Source: the human T2T-CHM13v2.0 reference genome, Homo sapiens. From it: a stretch of DNA of 64,000 nucleotides. A model generated the notes under the pieces. That model saw only the letters and a list, made by a program, of their open reading frames with translations, was not told the origin of the DNA and made no database searches. The stretch lies in NCBI RefSeq assembly GCF_009914755.1, contig NC_060930.1. The stretch is one strand, 5' to 3'. A program made the translations under genes and the position numbers. Position 1 is the first letter of the stretch. The number at the start of each line of letters is the position of its first letter. Shown piece by piece: positions 25,400 through 40,574 of this stretch.

Positions 25400-27268
25400 T
25401 TTTAAATTTATTTTTAAAGATTTCAGGGGTACAAGTGCAGTTTTGTTTCATGGATATATTGCGTAGTGGTGAAGTCTTGGTTTTAATGTGCTCATCGCCC
25501 CAATAGTGAACATTGTACACAATAGGTAATTTTCAATCCTCACTCCCTTCCCAACCTCCTACCTTTTCATAGCTCCGGTGTCTATTATTACCCTGTCTAT
25601 GTCCATGTGTACCCATTGTTAATTCCTACTTTTAAATGAGAATATGAGGTATTTGACTTTCTGTTTCTGAATTATTTCACTTAAGATACTGATCTCCTGC
25701 TTTATCTATGTTGTTGCAAAAGACATGATTTCATTCTTTTTTATGGCTAAGTAGTATTACATGGGGTGTATGTGTGTGTATATATGTGTGTATATATATA
25801 TAAAATTTTCTTATATATATCAATAAAAATTATACATATCTATAAGAATTTTATATATAAGAATTATAGATATATACATATATATATATAATTTTCTTTA
25901 TCGAATCATCAGTTGATGGACACTTAGGTTTATTCCACAACTTTACTATGGTGAATAGTGCTGTGACAAACATGTAAGTTCAGGTGTCTTTTTGATATAG
26001 TGAATTCTTTTCCTTTGGGTATATACCCAGTAGTGTGACTGTTGGATTAAATAACTGTTCTATTTTTAGTTCTTTGAGTAACCTCTATACTGTTTTCCAC
26101 AGAAGTTATGCTAATTTGCATTCCCACCAACAGTGTATAAGCATTCACTTTTTTCTAAATGTGCTACAACATGTGTTAATATTTGAGGTTTTAATAATAG
26201 CCATTCTGTCTGGTGTACGATGGTATTTCACTGTGGTTTTAATTTGCATTTCTCTGATAATTTGTGCCGTTGAACATTTTTGTCATGTTTTTTGGCTGCT
26301 TGTATGTCTTATTCTGAAAAATCTCTTCAAATCTTTCACCCACTTTTTAATGGGCTTGTTTTTGTCTTATAGAGTTGTTTGAGTTCTTTGTAAATTCTGG
26401 ATATTAGCCCTATGTCACACACATAGTTTTCAAACATTTTCTTCCATTCTGTAGGTTATTAGTCTTTTGATTGTGATTTTCTTATTTATTTATTTTTATT
26501 ATTTATTTATTTATTTATTTTTTACTGTGCAGACACTTTCTAGTTTAAGTCCCTTTTGTCTGTTTTTGTTTTAGTTGTGTTTGCTTTTGAGGACTTAGTT
26601 ATAATTTTTTGTTGTTTGTTTTGGCCAATGTCCAGAAGACATTTTCAAAGGTTCCCTTCAGGAATTTTTATAGTTTCAGATCTTACATTCAGGAATTTAA
26701 TTCATCTTGAGTTAATTTGTATATGGTGAGAGATATGGATCTAGTTTCATTCCTCTATGTATGGCAATCCAGTTTTCCCAGCACCATTTATTGAATAGGA
26801 TGTCTTTTCTCCAGTGTATACTTTTGTCAATTTTGTTGAAGATCAGTTGGTTGTAGGTATGTGGCTTTATTGATGTATTCTATATTACATTCCAGTGATC
26901 TATGTGTCTCTATTTATACCAGCACCATGCTGTTTTAGTTACTGTAACCTTGTAGTATATTTTAGACAGGTAATGTGATACATCAAGCTTTGATTTTTGC
27001 TTAGGATTGTTTTGGCTATTCAGGCTATATTTTGGTTTCATATTAATACTATGATTGTTTTTTCTAATTCTGTGAAAAATTATATAAATTGCATTGAATC
27101 TGTAGATTGTTTTAGGAAGTATGGTCATTTTAACAATATTGACTCTTCCAAACTATGAGCATAGAATGTTTTTCCATTCATTTGTGTCATCTACAGTTTT
27201 TTTCATCAATGTTTTGTATTTTTTCTTTTAGAGAGCTTTACCTACTTGTTTAAATGTATTGCTACATA

Positions 27269-27321
<53 letters not shown>

Positions 27322-30300
27322 CCATTGCAAGTGAGACTGCATTCTTAGTTTGGTTCTCAGTTTGTATGTTATTGATTATAGAAATGCTACTGACCTTTAT
27401 ACATTGATTTTGTATCCTGTAACTTTTCTGAAGTTGTTTAACAAATCTAGAAGTCTTTTGGATAGTCTTTAGGATTTTCCAGTTGTAAGATTTTATCATC
27501 AGTTAACATATATCATTTGACGTCCTCTTTTCCAATTTGGATGCCTTTTATTTCTTCCTCTTGCTTGATTCCTGTAGCTAGAAATTCCAGGACTATGTTG
27601 AATATGAGAGGTAAAAATGTGCATCCTTGTCTTGTTCCAGTTTTTAAAGAGAATGTTTTCAACTTTTTCCTGTTTAGTATGATGTTGCCTATGGGTTTGT
27701 TATATATGGCCTTTATTATTTTAGGTAAGTTTATATGATACCTGGTGTGCTGAGTGTTTTTATCATTAATGGGTGCTGAATTTTATAAAATTATTTTTTC
27801 TGAATCTATTGAGATGAGCATATGGTTTTTGTTTTAAATTCTGTTTATGTGGTGAATCACATTTATTAATTTGCATGTGTTGAACCATTCTTGAATCCCT
27901 GAAATAAAACCCACTTGATTATGGTGTATTACATTTCTGATGTACTGTTGCATTTGGCTTGCTAGTATTTTTTAGAGGATTATTGTGTTTACATTCATCA
28001 GGGATATTGGCCTATAGTTTTCTATTTTTGTGGTATTCTTGCCTGGCTTTGGTATCAGGGTGATACTGGCTTCATAGAATGAGTTAGGGAGGATTCTCTT
28101 CTCATCAATTTTATGCAACAGTTATAGTAAAATTGATACCATAAAATTGATTGATACCATCAATAAAATTGATCAATTTTATAGTAAAATTTATACTGGT
28201 ATCAATGGCTTCATGTGGCAATCATATGGCTTCACATGTCTGGTAACATTTGGCTGTACATCCCTCTGGTCCTGGGCTCATATCTGTTGGACAATTTTTT
28301 CATTACTGATTCAATGTCATTACTCATTATTGTCTGTTAAAGATTTCTATTTCTTCTTGTTACAGTCTTAGGAGAAATTTTCTCTAGTTTTTCTAGTTTG
28401 TATGCCTAGTGATACTCATAGCAGTCTTTGATGATCTTTTGTATTTCTGTGGTATCACTTGTAGTCACACCTTTATCTTTTCTGATTGTGCTTAAGACTT
28501 CTCTCCATTTTTCATGGTTGATCTAGCTAACAATCTATCAATATTGTTTATGATTTCAAAAAGCCAATTTTTATTTTGTTGATCCTTTGTATTTTTTTGT
28601 TGTTCTCAATTTCATTTAGTTCTTTTCTGATCTTTGTTATTTCTTTTCTTCTCTGAGCTTTGGGTTTGGTCTGCTCTTGAATTTCTATTCCCTTGAGGGA
28701 CTTGTTAGGGTTGTTAATTTGGAATATTTCTATCTTTCTAATGTAGGTTTTTAACACCGATGAAAATTTTGTTGAGAGTCCCTTTAGAAGTGATTAGACA
28801 CTTCTCTCTTGCTGCTTTTAGGATTTTTTTCCTTCATATTGGCTTTGGATAACCTAATAACTATATGTGATAATGAGTTTCATCTTGTAAAGTATGTTCC
28901 AAGTATTCACTGAGCTTGTTGTATTTGGATACCTAATTCCCTGGCCAGACCAGGGACATTTTCCTGGATTGTTCCCACAAATAAGTTTCCCCAGCTTTTT
29001 CTTCTTCTCCCTCAGGAATGCCTATAATTCATAGGTTTGGTTACTTTACGTAATCTTTTATTTCTCAAAGCCTTTTTTTAGTGTTTTGTTTTTTTTTTTT
29101 TGTCTGACTTGGTTAATTCAGAAGGCTTGTCTTTAAGCTCTGATTATTTTTCTTCTACTTGCTCTAATGGTAAGGCTTCCAAATGTATCTTGTAATTATT
29201 TCAATAATTTTTTTTATTTTCAGAAGTTCTGTTTTTTTAAAAATTATCTGTAATAATTTTTAATTAACATCCTGATTTTTCTTCTGATTTCTTTGGTTTT
29301 TAGCTTTCTCTTGGATCTCATTAAGCTTCCTCACAATCTATATTTTGAATTCTTTATCTGTCATTTCAGAATTTTCATTTAGTTTTGGATCCATTGCTAG
29401 ACAGTTAGTGTGTTCCTTTGGAGGGGTTAAAGCACTCTGTTTTTCCATGGTGCCATAGTTTTTATGTTAGTTCCTTCTCATCCTGGAGAAATTGTCATTT
29501 ATTTTTTAATTTACTTTCTTTTAGATGGTACTTTTTTAAATTTTTTCTCTTGAGGGCGTAACTGTAATGTATGTTGTGTAGGGCTGTTTGGCTTCAATTC
29601 TGGGTGCTTTCAGGGGCCAAGCCTCTGTATGAGTTCCTTGGTTGTAGATAACCTTGGTTATAAATACAGTTCCTTTATGTGGTGGCTTTTTCAAATGCTG
29701 ATTATAGTAGCAATGTACTCGGCCTATGAGCAGGACTAACACCTTCTGTGGGACTGAGGTTATGGAAGTCTCAGGAAACTTACCTTATTCCGCAGCACAA
29801 TGCTCTTCTGACAGAAGATTTTTAATTTGATTGTGCAGTCCAATCTCCAGTTCATTAGGTGGTAGTTACGGGTAACAGCTGTCTGTGGTATATACTTGAT
29901 CTTTGTTTACTGAGAAGGGCTCTGTTGTCACATGTAGTGGGCTGGTCTGTCAAATGACTGGTGTCCTGACTTCCCTGCTGAAGGGTACAGGTGGGACAAA
30001 GCTGGGCAGAGCTGGACCACCAAACTCACCCTCAGATACCCCAATGATAAGTTAATGTATCCACCTTGACTGGAGTGACAGGGAGAGGTTATAGTGAAAG
30101 CCTCCCATGTTTCTCCCAGTTCCACATCATGGGCAGGCAGGAAAGTGGTCAACCTCCACATCACACCCTTCTTCCAGGGCTCAGGACTTTCATTTCAGAT
30201 AGACATTGTAGTTCATCTTCAGGACTCAATGTAACTGAGGGTTCCAGCAAATCCCTACCCCATAGCTACCAACAAAATGACCTCGGGAGAAACCTCTTTC

Positions 30301-31372
30301 CTCAACCCCAAACAGACAGCTTTGTGGCTCACTCACCTGTACTCTGCAGCGGGAATGCTGCTGTTCTGTGTAGAGTGAGGGATGGACTCCACCATTCTTG
30401 CAAGCTGGGCTAATGGACATACCAGGAGTGGGAGTGCAACTCCTCCTAATAGTCCTATAATGGTTCTCCCTAGGCATACCCATGCCAACGCCCCCCACGA
30501 AAGAACAGCTAGCTGCAGCTGCATCCGCAGCTGTGGGTCGGCAGGCAGAAGTCCCCCTATCCATCTTTGTTCCCAGGCACCAGTGCCACCTGCTGCTGGG
30601 ATGGAACCACACTCTCCCTGACATAGCCTAGCACCATGCCCACATTTCTCATGCAATGGGCGCAGTAATCTTCAGCTCACAAGTGGGGAGCTCTTGTGCA
30701 GAGGAGAGTGCACACTCCGGTTTTTGTTGTTCCAAGGGCACTTCGGCATGTGACACTCTCCCTTCCCCTAGGGAGAGCTCACCCTGAACGTTAGAATTCC
30801 GGGAATCCCACAGCTCCCCTTTATCCTGCTGGTCCTTTCTGGTTGCTGCTGTCCAAGTAGATTCTAAGGAATGTCTATAAGGGATCTACTGGTGTTGAGG
30901 CAAGAGCTGAGACTCTTTGGGTAGGATAGAGATCCACAATATGTGCCCAACTGGTATGGCACCTACTACCTCAGCTTGGGTCTTGAGAGTGGAGGGATGG
31001 TAAAACTGCATGAGCTAGCAGCCTAGTGCTTTGCCCTCAAGAAATTTGTAAACACAACCCACAGCAGTACTTGGGTTCATGAGGGCAGAGGGGCTCTCTG
31101 ACATTCCAGAAATCAGCAGTATGACACAGGGGTGAGGGGAGCATAAAGTACCCCCATCTACCTTATCCATGGGACTCCAAGATCTTCAGGGGTCAATCTC
31201 TGCCAGACTCTTGCTTCCTTCTTTTTGTGTGCCCCAGCTTTTTCCCATGGGTTCTTTAATAGACTGTGGCACTCTTCCCTCGGTATTCCACTCAGGATGT
31301 GATTACTAACTGGCAACTCTGGTTCTTCTTTATGAAAACTGGCATTCAATGCCTCTAGTCAGCCATCTTGAA
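25400..31372 (-). mobile_element. Near full-length L1PB (L1PB4-like) with internal deletion at ~28760
   Basis: 3'UTR 'ggggtacaagtgcagttttg..catggatatattgcgtagtggtgaagtc'; decayed ORF2 and ORF1; GC-richer 5'UTR 29.6-31.4 kb ending 'tctagtcagccatcttg'; candidate 13-bp TSD tctgttattaatt at 25209-25221 / 31388-31400. Confidence 0.88.
27271..27318. repeat. (TG)24 microsatellite
   Basis: Direct inspection. Confidence 0.97.
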
Positions 31373-31387
31373 AAAAAAAACCTCAAC

Positions 31388-32835
<1,448 letters not shown>

Positions 32836-33429
32836 GGAGCTAGCAGTCTCCACTTAATTGCTTACCAATAAAATTTCCATTATTTCAGAGAGTACCCTTC
32901 AACTTGAACTTGCCTACATTCTTTTCTAAATAAAGTTAACTCTTTTGGGCAGAACTTCAGAATTCTCAGTTCTTATTACCTGGCTCTCTTCTTGGGCAAA
33001 ATATGCACCACTGCTCTGGAGCTAATGGGAAGGAGGGTATGGGTTAAGGTTCAAATTACATAGATGCTTGCTATTGTTACTGAGATTTGTGTTTCTTGAA
33101 AAAAAATACATATAATTTGCTGTATATCTTAGAACAATTTCTGGAGACTTTAAATGTAGATATATAATATATACATAATTATATTTCATTAATGTATAAT
33201 ATATACATACTATATCATTACACATATAACATCATATATAAGATTATAGATACATGATATATAATAAAACAATGCTAACACATATATGTATAATTAGGTA
33301 CATGATTTTGTGTATGATATAACATATATGTATATTATTATATTATTGTTATCAATTGTGAATGTTTCACTGGAGAGGAGGTTTGTGAAGGTCCTCTGAT
33401 CCCAGTTAGAAGTGGATTTTCCTTGTGTT

Positions 33430-34225
33430 TTAAGAGCCTCTAGCTATTGGGGTTTCAGTACCAGACCTGTTAGCAACCCTGTCCTATTGGGAAATGAAGG
33501 AGAACTAGACATGGGTGTTTACAGTGTGACTTTTGTGGGATACTACTTCTACCTGCTAGGCAGCCTAATGTCTAGTTCTCAAACCCGTGACCAGGGGGTC
33601 TCGCACACAGGAAAGGTGTTTATATTGGAAGATGCCCTTGTGGCTCTTGTTTGATCCCTGTTCAGTTTATGCCTGCCTAACCATTGCTGCAGCACTGGGA
33701 TCCTGACTTTTTGTTCTTCCTGGCATCCCAGGGAAATTCTGGCCTGGGGAAGCTGTAGTTCTTTGCATGGAAGGTGCAAATTTGATACACCACCACAGTA
33801 AGAAACAAGCTCAAAGACTTTTTACTTATGGATCCTAGGCAGGGAGAACACAATGAGTCAGGAGGACAGTTCTCTGTCTCCAGGTCATGCAAGGCAGAAA
33901 TGTAGAGTCAGGCATAGAGAGAGAGAGAACATGTGGCAATTAGCAGGATACATAAGGGCATAGGGTGTAGATTATGTTAAGTTTGCGGGAAAATACCTGA
34001 ATAGTTTTTTTAAAGGAAGTAGCCGGAAAATGGATAACCTGGTCTGCTAGGCAGGAGAGATGCATCTAAGCTCTTATCTGGAGCCTCTGGATTGAGGCAT
34101 TTGGGTGTGGTGTAGAACTGGAAACTGAGTCAAGGGTGACCAAACCCTGCTTTTGCTATAAGAAACTTAAACCTGTATTCAAAATGAACACCAAGGCAAC
34201 ATAAAATTATAAGAATTTACTATAC
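33430..34225 (-). mobile_element. ERVL LTR (LTR47-like, ~33780-34225) with adjacent internal-like sequence
   Basis: Reverse complement starts 'gtatagtaaattcttataattttatgttgccttggtgttcattttgaatacaggtttaagtttcttatagcaaaagcagggtttggtcacccttgac'. Confidence 0.7.
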
Positions 34226-35574
34226 TTCATTATTCATTTTTTGATCTCAGGACATGTGCTTAACTGCTTTGCATCTTAGGTGTCCTCCTGTAAAACTGGA
34301 TAAAGTACCAGGTGTATAGTGCTGTTTTGCATATTTGCTTAGAAAAAATTTGTAAACCTTATTTTTTCAATGTCTGCTCATAAAAGCTATCCAATACAAT
34401 TTAGTTCCCTGTTTTTCTTTCAGATATCCAAATCTGTCACTCTCATCATGCCATTTCTATAACAAGTCAGAGAGTCTATCTTCAGCTTTATCTGTCATTG
34501 TTCTCCCTCATTTTGCAGTTTGTTCCTTGGGTTGAATAATACCTCTGTAAAATGTTTCACATTAGTCTTAATAAAAAAAGTAATGTTTATTTTTGTAATA
34601 ATTTATGTAAGATATAGCTCAGTGAAAACATATTCTCCTTGCATGTTATCACACACAATTGTTTTTGAATGACACAATAATGTATTGACATTTTATACTT
34701 CTGATTTCACAGTATATTTGCCATTACTTGTTAGTAACAAAGCATCAGTCATAAATTTGAAGTCTGTGGAATTGGTTAATTTTACCTCATTTGAGTAAAT
34801 CTCAAATGAGGTAAAGTATAGGAGGTAGGAGGAAGGAAGGAAGGAGAAAGGGAGTATAATAACTAATTGGAGAAAAATATATTTGATAAAATAATCCTTG
34901 TCTGTATAAAACAATTTTCAATAATAACTGATATGTTTCCCTAAAGGTAGTTTATAATCTATTATTCTTTTTATAATAATTATGATGTTATGTGGTTTGG
35001 ATTTCTTTGTAATCCACATTAGATAGCATAGAAACTAGTATATAACCAATAAATATTTCGTGACTGCATGTACTTTGTGTATAACTTTATGTGCCAAATT
35101 CTTGATACAAATAATCTGTAAATTTTCTCCTCATCAGAAAATTGTATTCTTTGTCTACCGTCATTTTGCCATTATCAGAATGTATATTTTACATGGCATT
35201 CCCAAATTAAAGTTAATTATTCTCCCCTATGAAACAATGTACTTTGTATTTTAACAAATTGTTTAGCTAAGGAAGAAAACAATTTATTTAGGTAATGCAA
35301 ATATGTCAACAGATAATTGCATTATAGCAGAAGTTTAATATAAAAGACACAAAAGTTTTAGGTGTGTCCTGAGAAGTGATTGATTTCTGTAGGGCAGAAG
35401 TAAAGGAGAAATTTAAAAAATATATTATGAATGTTGCGATGCCCAAGTAGATCTTGAGAGTAACAGAAGTAATAGAGTTTGACAAGGCTGGAGTTCCTGT
35501 AAGAAAATAAGCATATTACTAAATCCACTTTATTCTAATTAATTATTTGTTCAGATCTTAACTTTTATAACAGG

Positions 35575-35690
35575 ATATGTTGAGGACCTGAATGTTCTAG
35601 TCATCTGTTTCCCCTGAGCACATAATGCAATCAATGGCCTGTGATAGGTGCTCAAGAAATTGTCAATGCATAAGTGATTCAATGGATAAA
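35575..35690 (+). mobile_element. L2 3' terminal fragment
   Basis: 'tcatctgtttccc...caatggcctgtgataggtgctcaagaaattgtcaatgcataagtg'. Confidence 0.55.
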
Positions 35691-38600
35691 GGAAGAGGGA
35701 CGAATATTTGACAGGCCCATCCCCTCCTCACTTGCTCTGAGCTGTGTCCTGAGATTATGATTGATAGGATATCTTATGAATAAATCCATCAAAACTGAGC
35801 AAACTGGGAAAATATTAACAATTTAATGGTTGATTTTTAGCTAAGTCTTATAATCCAAGGCAAATACAATTTCCTCTTTTATACTCTCCAGTACTTGTTA
35901 TGTACTCATGTTTTGTAGACAATAAAAATAAACTTAATTTTATGCTTGGTAATCAATAATTTATAGTGTTTTATTGTGATATTATGTATTCATGATAAGT
36001 AACTCAATGTAATATTAAGCTAAGTTTTAAGTTACCTAAAGATCTTGAAAATTTTGTTCAAGCTGACAAACTATAAAACAAAATTATAGTTGAAATAAAA
36101 AGATTGAGAGAATTATGATTCAACTTCTTTAAAATATATTTTTATAATATTAAACATTTTTATAGGAATACATTTTTATTTTATTAGTAACCTAGTATAC
36201 AAACTTTCAGGAATTCAGATTAAATAGACTTTTCATGAGGAACCAAACCTAAATCTTATAAAAATTAAATTGCCTACTTGTATATTACTTAACATTGATA
36301 CTTTATATAAAGTCATATAACTGTTTTTCTTCTTTAAATCATTATTAAACCAGTTGCGATTTGATATTTTATAGAAAATGCCTTTGGGGAATTTTTTAGA
36401 GGTTATCACAATTCATGTATTAGAAATTATTTTAAAATATTCTATGTATTTGGGAATATTCAATTTACATAAGCACTTTTTAAAAATAAATTATAACAGT
36501 GATTCTTTAGCTTAAGAGATGCCACAATTTAATGTACTTTTATCCTCTGGATATAGAAGTGAAGACCTTTCTCAATTTCAAACACAGTTGCATAGTCACA
36601 AAGACGACTTGTACCTGCAGTCTCATCACTTCAGTCACGGGTCAAAAGTGAACACGAAAACCCAACCAAAAACTTTCTAGTCCGGATATCAGGTGTTTTC
36701 CTTCCCAGTGGGCAGGAAACACTTTCCCAGTTGATTTGAGATCTACGCAAACAGGTAAACAAACAACAAGCCAACAAACCAGAATCTCATTCATGTTTAA
36801 CCCAATAACGAATAGAGTTTCATTATTCATCTCATAGAAATTACCAAGTGGTCAGAACAGAAAACCAAAATCTTAGTCATTGCTCTCACTAATGGGGGAT
36901 AATTTATGCACCAACAAGATCTAGAAATAAAAATCAAAACAACAACAAACCAACAACCCCTCCCACCCCCCACCATATAAACAGTAGGAGAAATAGGAGG
37001 AAAAAAGAACTGGAGAGTCAGGAAAATTAAAGTTCTATTGACGCTTGAGATTCTCTCTGAGAACTAGAAAAGATGTGACTTCACTCAAAGATCCTTGAAT
37101 GTGCCCTTCTCCAGTAATACAATTTATTTGGCTCTGTCAAGTGAAACAATAAAATATAATTTTCAAAAGTTAAAAAAAAACCATGCATCTTATGCAAATA
37201 TAAACTGAACACATGATGAAGATTTTATTCAATTATTAATTATGGTTCAAAGGAGAATTTTAAGGACATAAACACATAGGTACACACAATCAGGAATGCT
37301 GAAATGCATTTGCTAATAGATGCAAAGCTTTTTAAAACCCTTTATATGTGATAAAATAAGATGTTTAGGAGTTATATTTCCTACAGAGTTAAAGCAATTT
37401 TTTTCTTTACTGAATAAAACAAATTTGCATTGCTATTAACAAGAATAATTTGCATTAGTGTCAGTTTTTTACATGACAACTTCTACTCCTACAAAATTGC
37501 TACTAGTCTGGTCAATAGAAGGTCAGTCAAAGGAGCATATCATTATGGAATCAGACAATCCCCGGAGAGTATGCAGGTAATATCCAGCACTCTACAATAT
37601 GAAACAATCATTTTAATATTTCTAGATCCTCAGTCTCAAGATTTGTTTCTTCACATTGATTTGGCTGAGAACATAAAGATACATACTTTATGTTCGCCTT
37701 ATCTTCTCACTTTCCTTTCACACTTGCACTTCTTGAACTTGGTAAACATAAATCACACTTTCATCCACCCATCAAAAATGTGTGTTCTCTGAGGGGAAAA
37801 AATCACTGTGGCATACACAAAAATATTAATTAGAAGTATTGATGTTTAAGAAGACTTCTAAAATGAGGATACTGTAAACCTACCCCTTATCTTCATAATA
37901 GATGCATTTCCAATATAAATTTATTCATTGTTCATAACACAATGAATACATTTGTCCAATTGTGGGCTAAAAATAGTTTTAATTGTAACTCAATAGAGAA
38001 GAATATTTTAAACATTAAAGACTCATGACAATAAATTTTAAGTAATATTTAATCTTAACACTATATAAACATTTTGAATTATAATAAAGTGACTGAATAA
38101 AATATTTGCAAGCATAAAATATATTTCCTTAGAATAACATGTTATAGAAGTAGGGAACAACAATATAAAAGAAAATGAACCACATATAATTTATAACTGT
38201 TGAAAAGAGGAGTTGGGTTGTGTATTTTTTAAATGCATGATTGTGGGTGGCAAACAGCTATTGTATTAATATTCTACACAGGATGCATTTGAAGAAGAAT
38301 GTAACACTTTTCCTTAAAATATGAATAGTGAAAGTATGCTAGAAGTTATGTTTATGCATTTTTTAGTTCAATGATAAAATATTTGAATTTGTATAGCTTC
38401 AAAATATTTGTTCTATAGCCTGTTTAATTTATGTTATTTCTCAGTGGCTTACTTTTAATTTCAGGTTCATTTTTCCCCAAATTTTCACTTGTTATTTTTT
38501 AAGAGAAAGGCCTATGAAAATATGAACAATGACCTCAAATAATTGATTTCAACTCATAAAAATAACAAAGAATAAAGGAGTAATACTGAGACAATTGCCG

Positions 38601-39307
38601 CTGTTTGACAACTATGATAGAGCATATGAAAGGATAATTTCCGAACTGATAGTTTTTGTTCACTAATGGAATTATTTTTGTCTTCATAGGATATACTTTT
38701 AGTCTTAATGCATAATATTTAATCCATCACATTAATCTTTGTAGATGAAATGTCAATGACTACATATATAGGATTGTGTGTCTTAGATAAGTCCACATAA
38801 AACATAAATTGGAGTAATCATAAGGAGCAGCATACGAGTTTGGTCAGCAACTGCTTGGTTTGCAAATTGTATGTGAAAGACTTGGAGTTATAATAATGGC
38901 TCTAGGCTTAAAACCACCATATTAACCCTCTTGTTTTTACTATCTTCAATTTATTATATGGCTTGGAGAGTGTGTTCTGCATGTGTAGCTCTGTCTCTTT
39001 TTCCTATAATGTTCTCAACCATCTCACCTAATTCAATTTTGTCAGCACTTTGTAAAGGCCTGTTAGACCAATCCCACTGAAATCACATGCCTATTTTTAT
39101 ATCTACAGCATTTTATGCCCTTTTTTTGGTGTTTGAAACCTTATACACAGAGATTTTCCTCAATAAAAATTTGTTGAATTCATTAATAAATTAAAAAATA
39201 AACCAATCAATCAAATCTAATGCCAAAGGGCCAGAGTAATGATTTTTTTTTTTCTCTAGGATTTTTGGGGCAAAAATGTGGCCATCTCAAGCAGCTTCAA
39301 CATTTTA

Positions 39308-39870
39308 ATTTAGGGCAAGCAAGCCCCAAAATTTGGGCTTGGCCCAGGATGGTTCTTGCCATCACCCAGGAAAGAATTTAGGCAGCCAGTGTTATTAGAC
39401 AACAAATTTTATTGAAGTAGCAGTATACAGCAGCTGTAGAGGTACTGCTCCTTTCAGACCAGGTCAACCCCACAGACAGTGTGCCTAAAGTAGCAGCTCA
39501 GAGGCAGTTTGGCTGTCGTATTTATACCCACTTTTTATTATATGAAAATTAAATGGTGGATTATGCAGACATTTATAGGACAGGGGTGGTAATTTCCAAG
39601 TCATCAGGTCATTGTCATGTTCTTTAAAGAAGCAGTAACATCTGAGTGTTGTTCTGGCAAGGGTAAACGACATGGCACACTGGTGGGCATGTCTTATGGA
39701 AAGCTACTCATGCCCCATCCCAATATTTACAGATGTGAACATCTGTAAACATTCTTTCTGCAAATACATCCTGCAATTGTATTTAGTTGGTCCTCAATTT
39801 CATCTAATGTCTGAGTCCTGTCTCTGCAGTTAAGTCCTGCCTCCTGAGTCAAGTCCCACCTCCTACCTCA
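39308..39870 (-). mobile_element. ERV1 (MER4-group, MER66-like) solo LTR
   Basis: Reverse complement starts 'tgaggtaggaggtgggacttgactc'; the other end is 'aagccccaaaatttgggcttggcccagg..ggttcttg..cacccaggaaagaatt'. Confidence 0.7.
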
Positions 39871-40574
39871 ATTTGAGTTTAAGTTGAAAAAACAAATTTT
39901 GCAGAAGTGAAGGCAAAAAATGAAGGCATATCCAAATGATACAAATGACAATCATTGTCAATTAATCTTCTGTTTTTATAAGGGCAAATATGATTCCAGA
40001 AGCTCAGCATTATTTTGGCATAATGGGAACTGTAGGAAAGGCAGATGATTTCCATAGTATTTATCACTGCATTCCTTGCTGTGTATTTCAAATTCTCTTG
40101 GAGTTTGTACTTCTAAATTTTAGAAAAAGTTGTGAATTTTGAAATTTTTTCAGAAATTGGAAAATATTTGTAGATCAAATTAAACAGAAAGCCAATGAGA
40201 TATATTCACATCTGTAAACATTCTTTTTTATTTCAAATATATTTTGTTAGCTAAAAAGTACTCCTGTTGTTATATTATTTAGTTTTACAACCATTTTTCT
40301 AATTATAACAAAAATGTATTTCTGCAACAGTGATATATGTGTTTATATTAAGAGAAAATAAATGTAATCTTCTTGTAAACATTTTATTTTGAAACACCGG
40401 TCTAACATCTGTAAACCAAGGCAGTATTATGTTTCCATATACTTAAGAATAGGTACTCCCAGTGGGAGATGATATAGGATAGAATGGAAAATGTATTATC
40501 CATTGGAAAGATTCTGTTATGTGGGCATGTCAAGGTTATTTTCTAAACATTTGTGTCACATCCTTCAAAAATTC

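Noticed and set aside
29928-30656. Cluster of overlapping GC-richer ORFs, possible exon or CpG island
   Set aside because: Lies within the L1PB 5'UTR; CpG-poor
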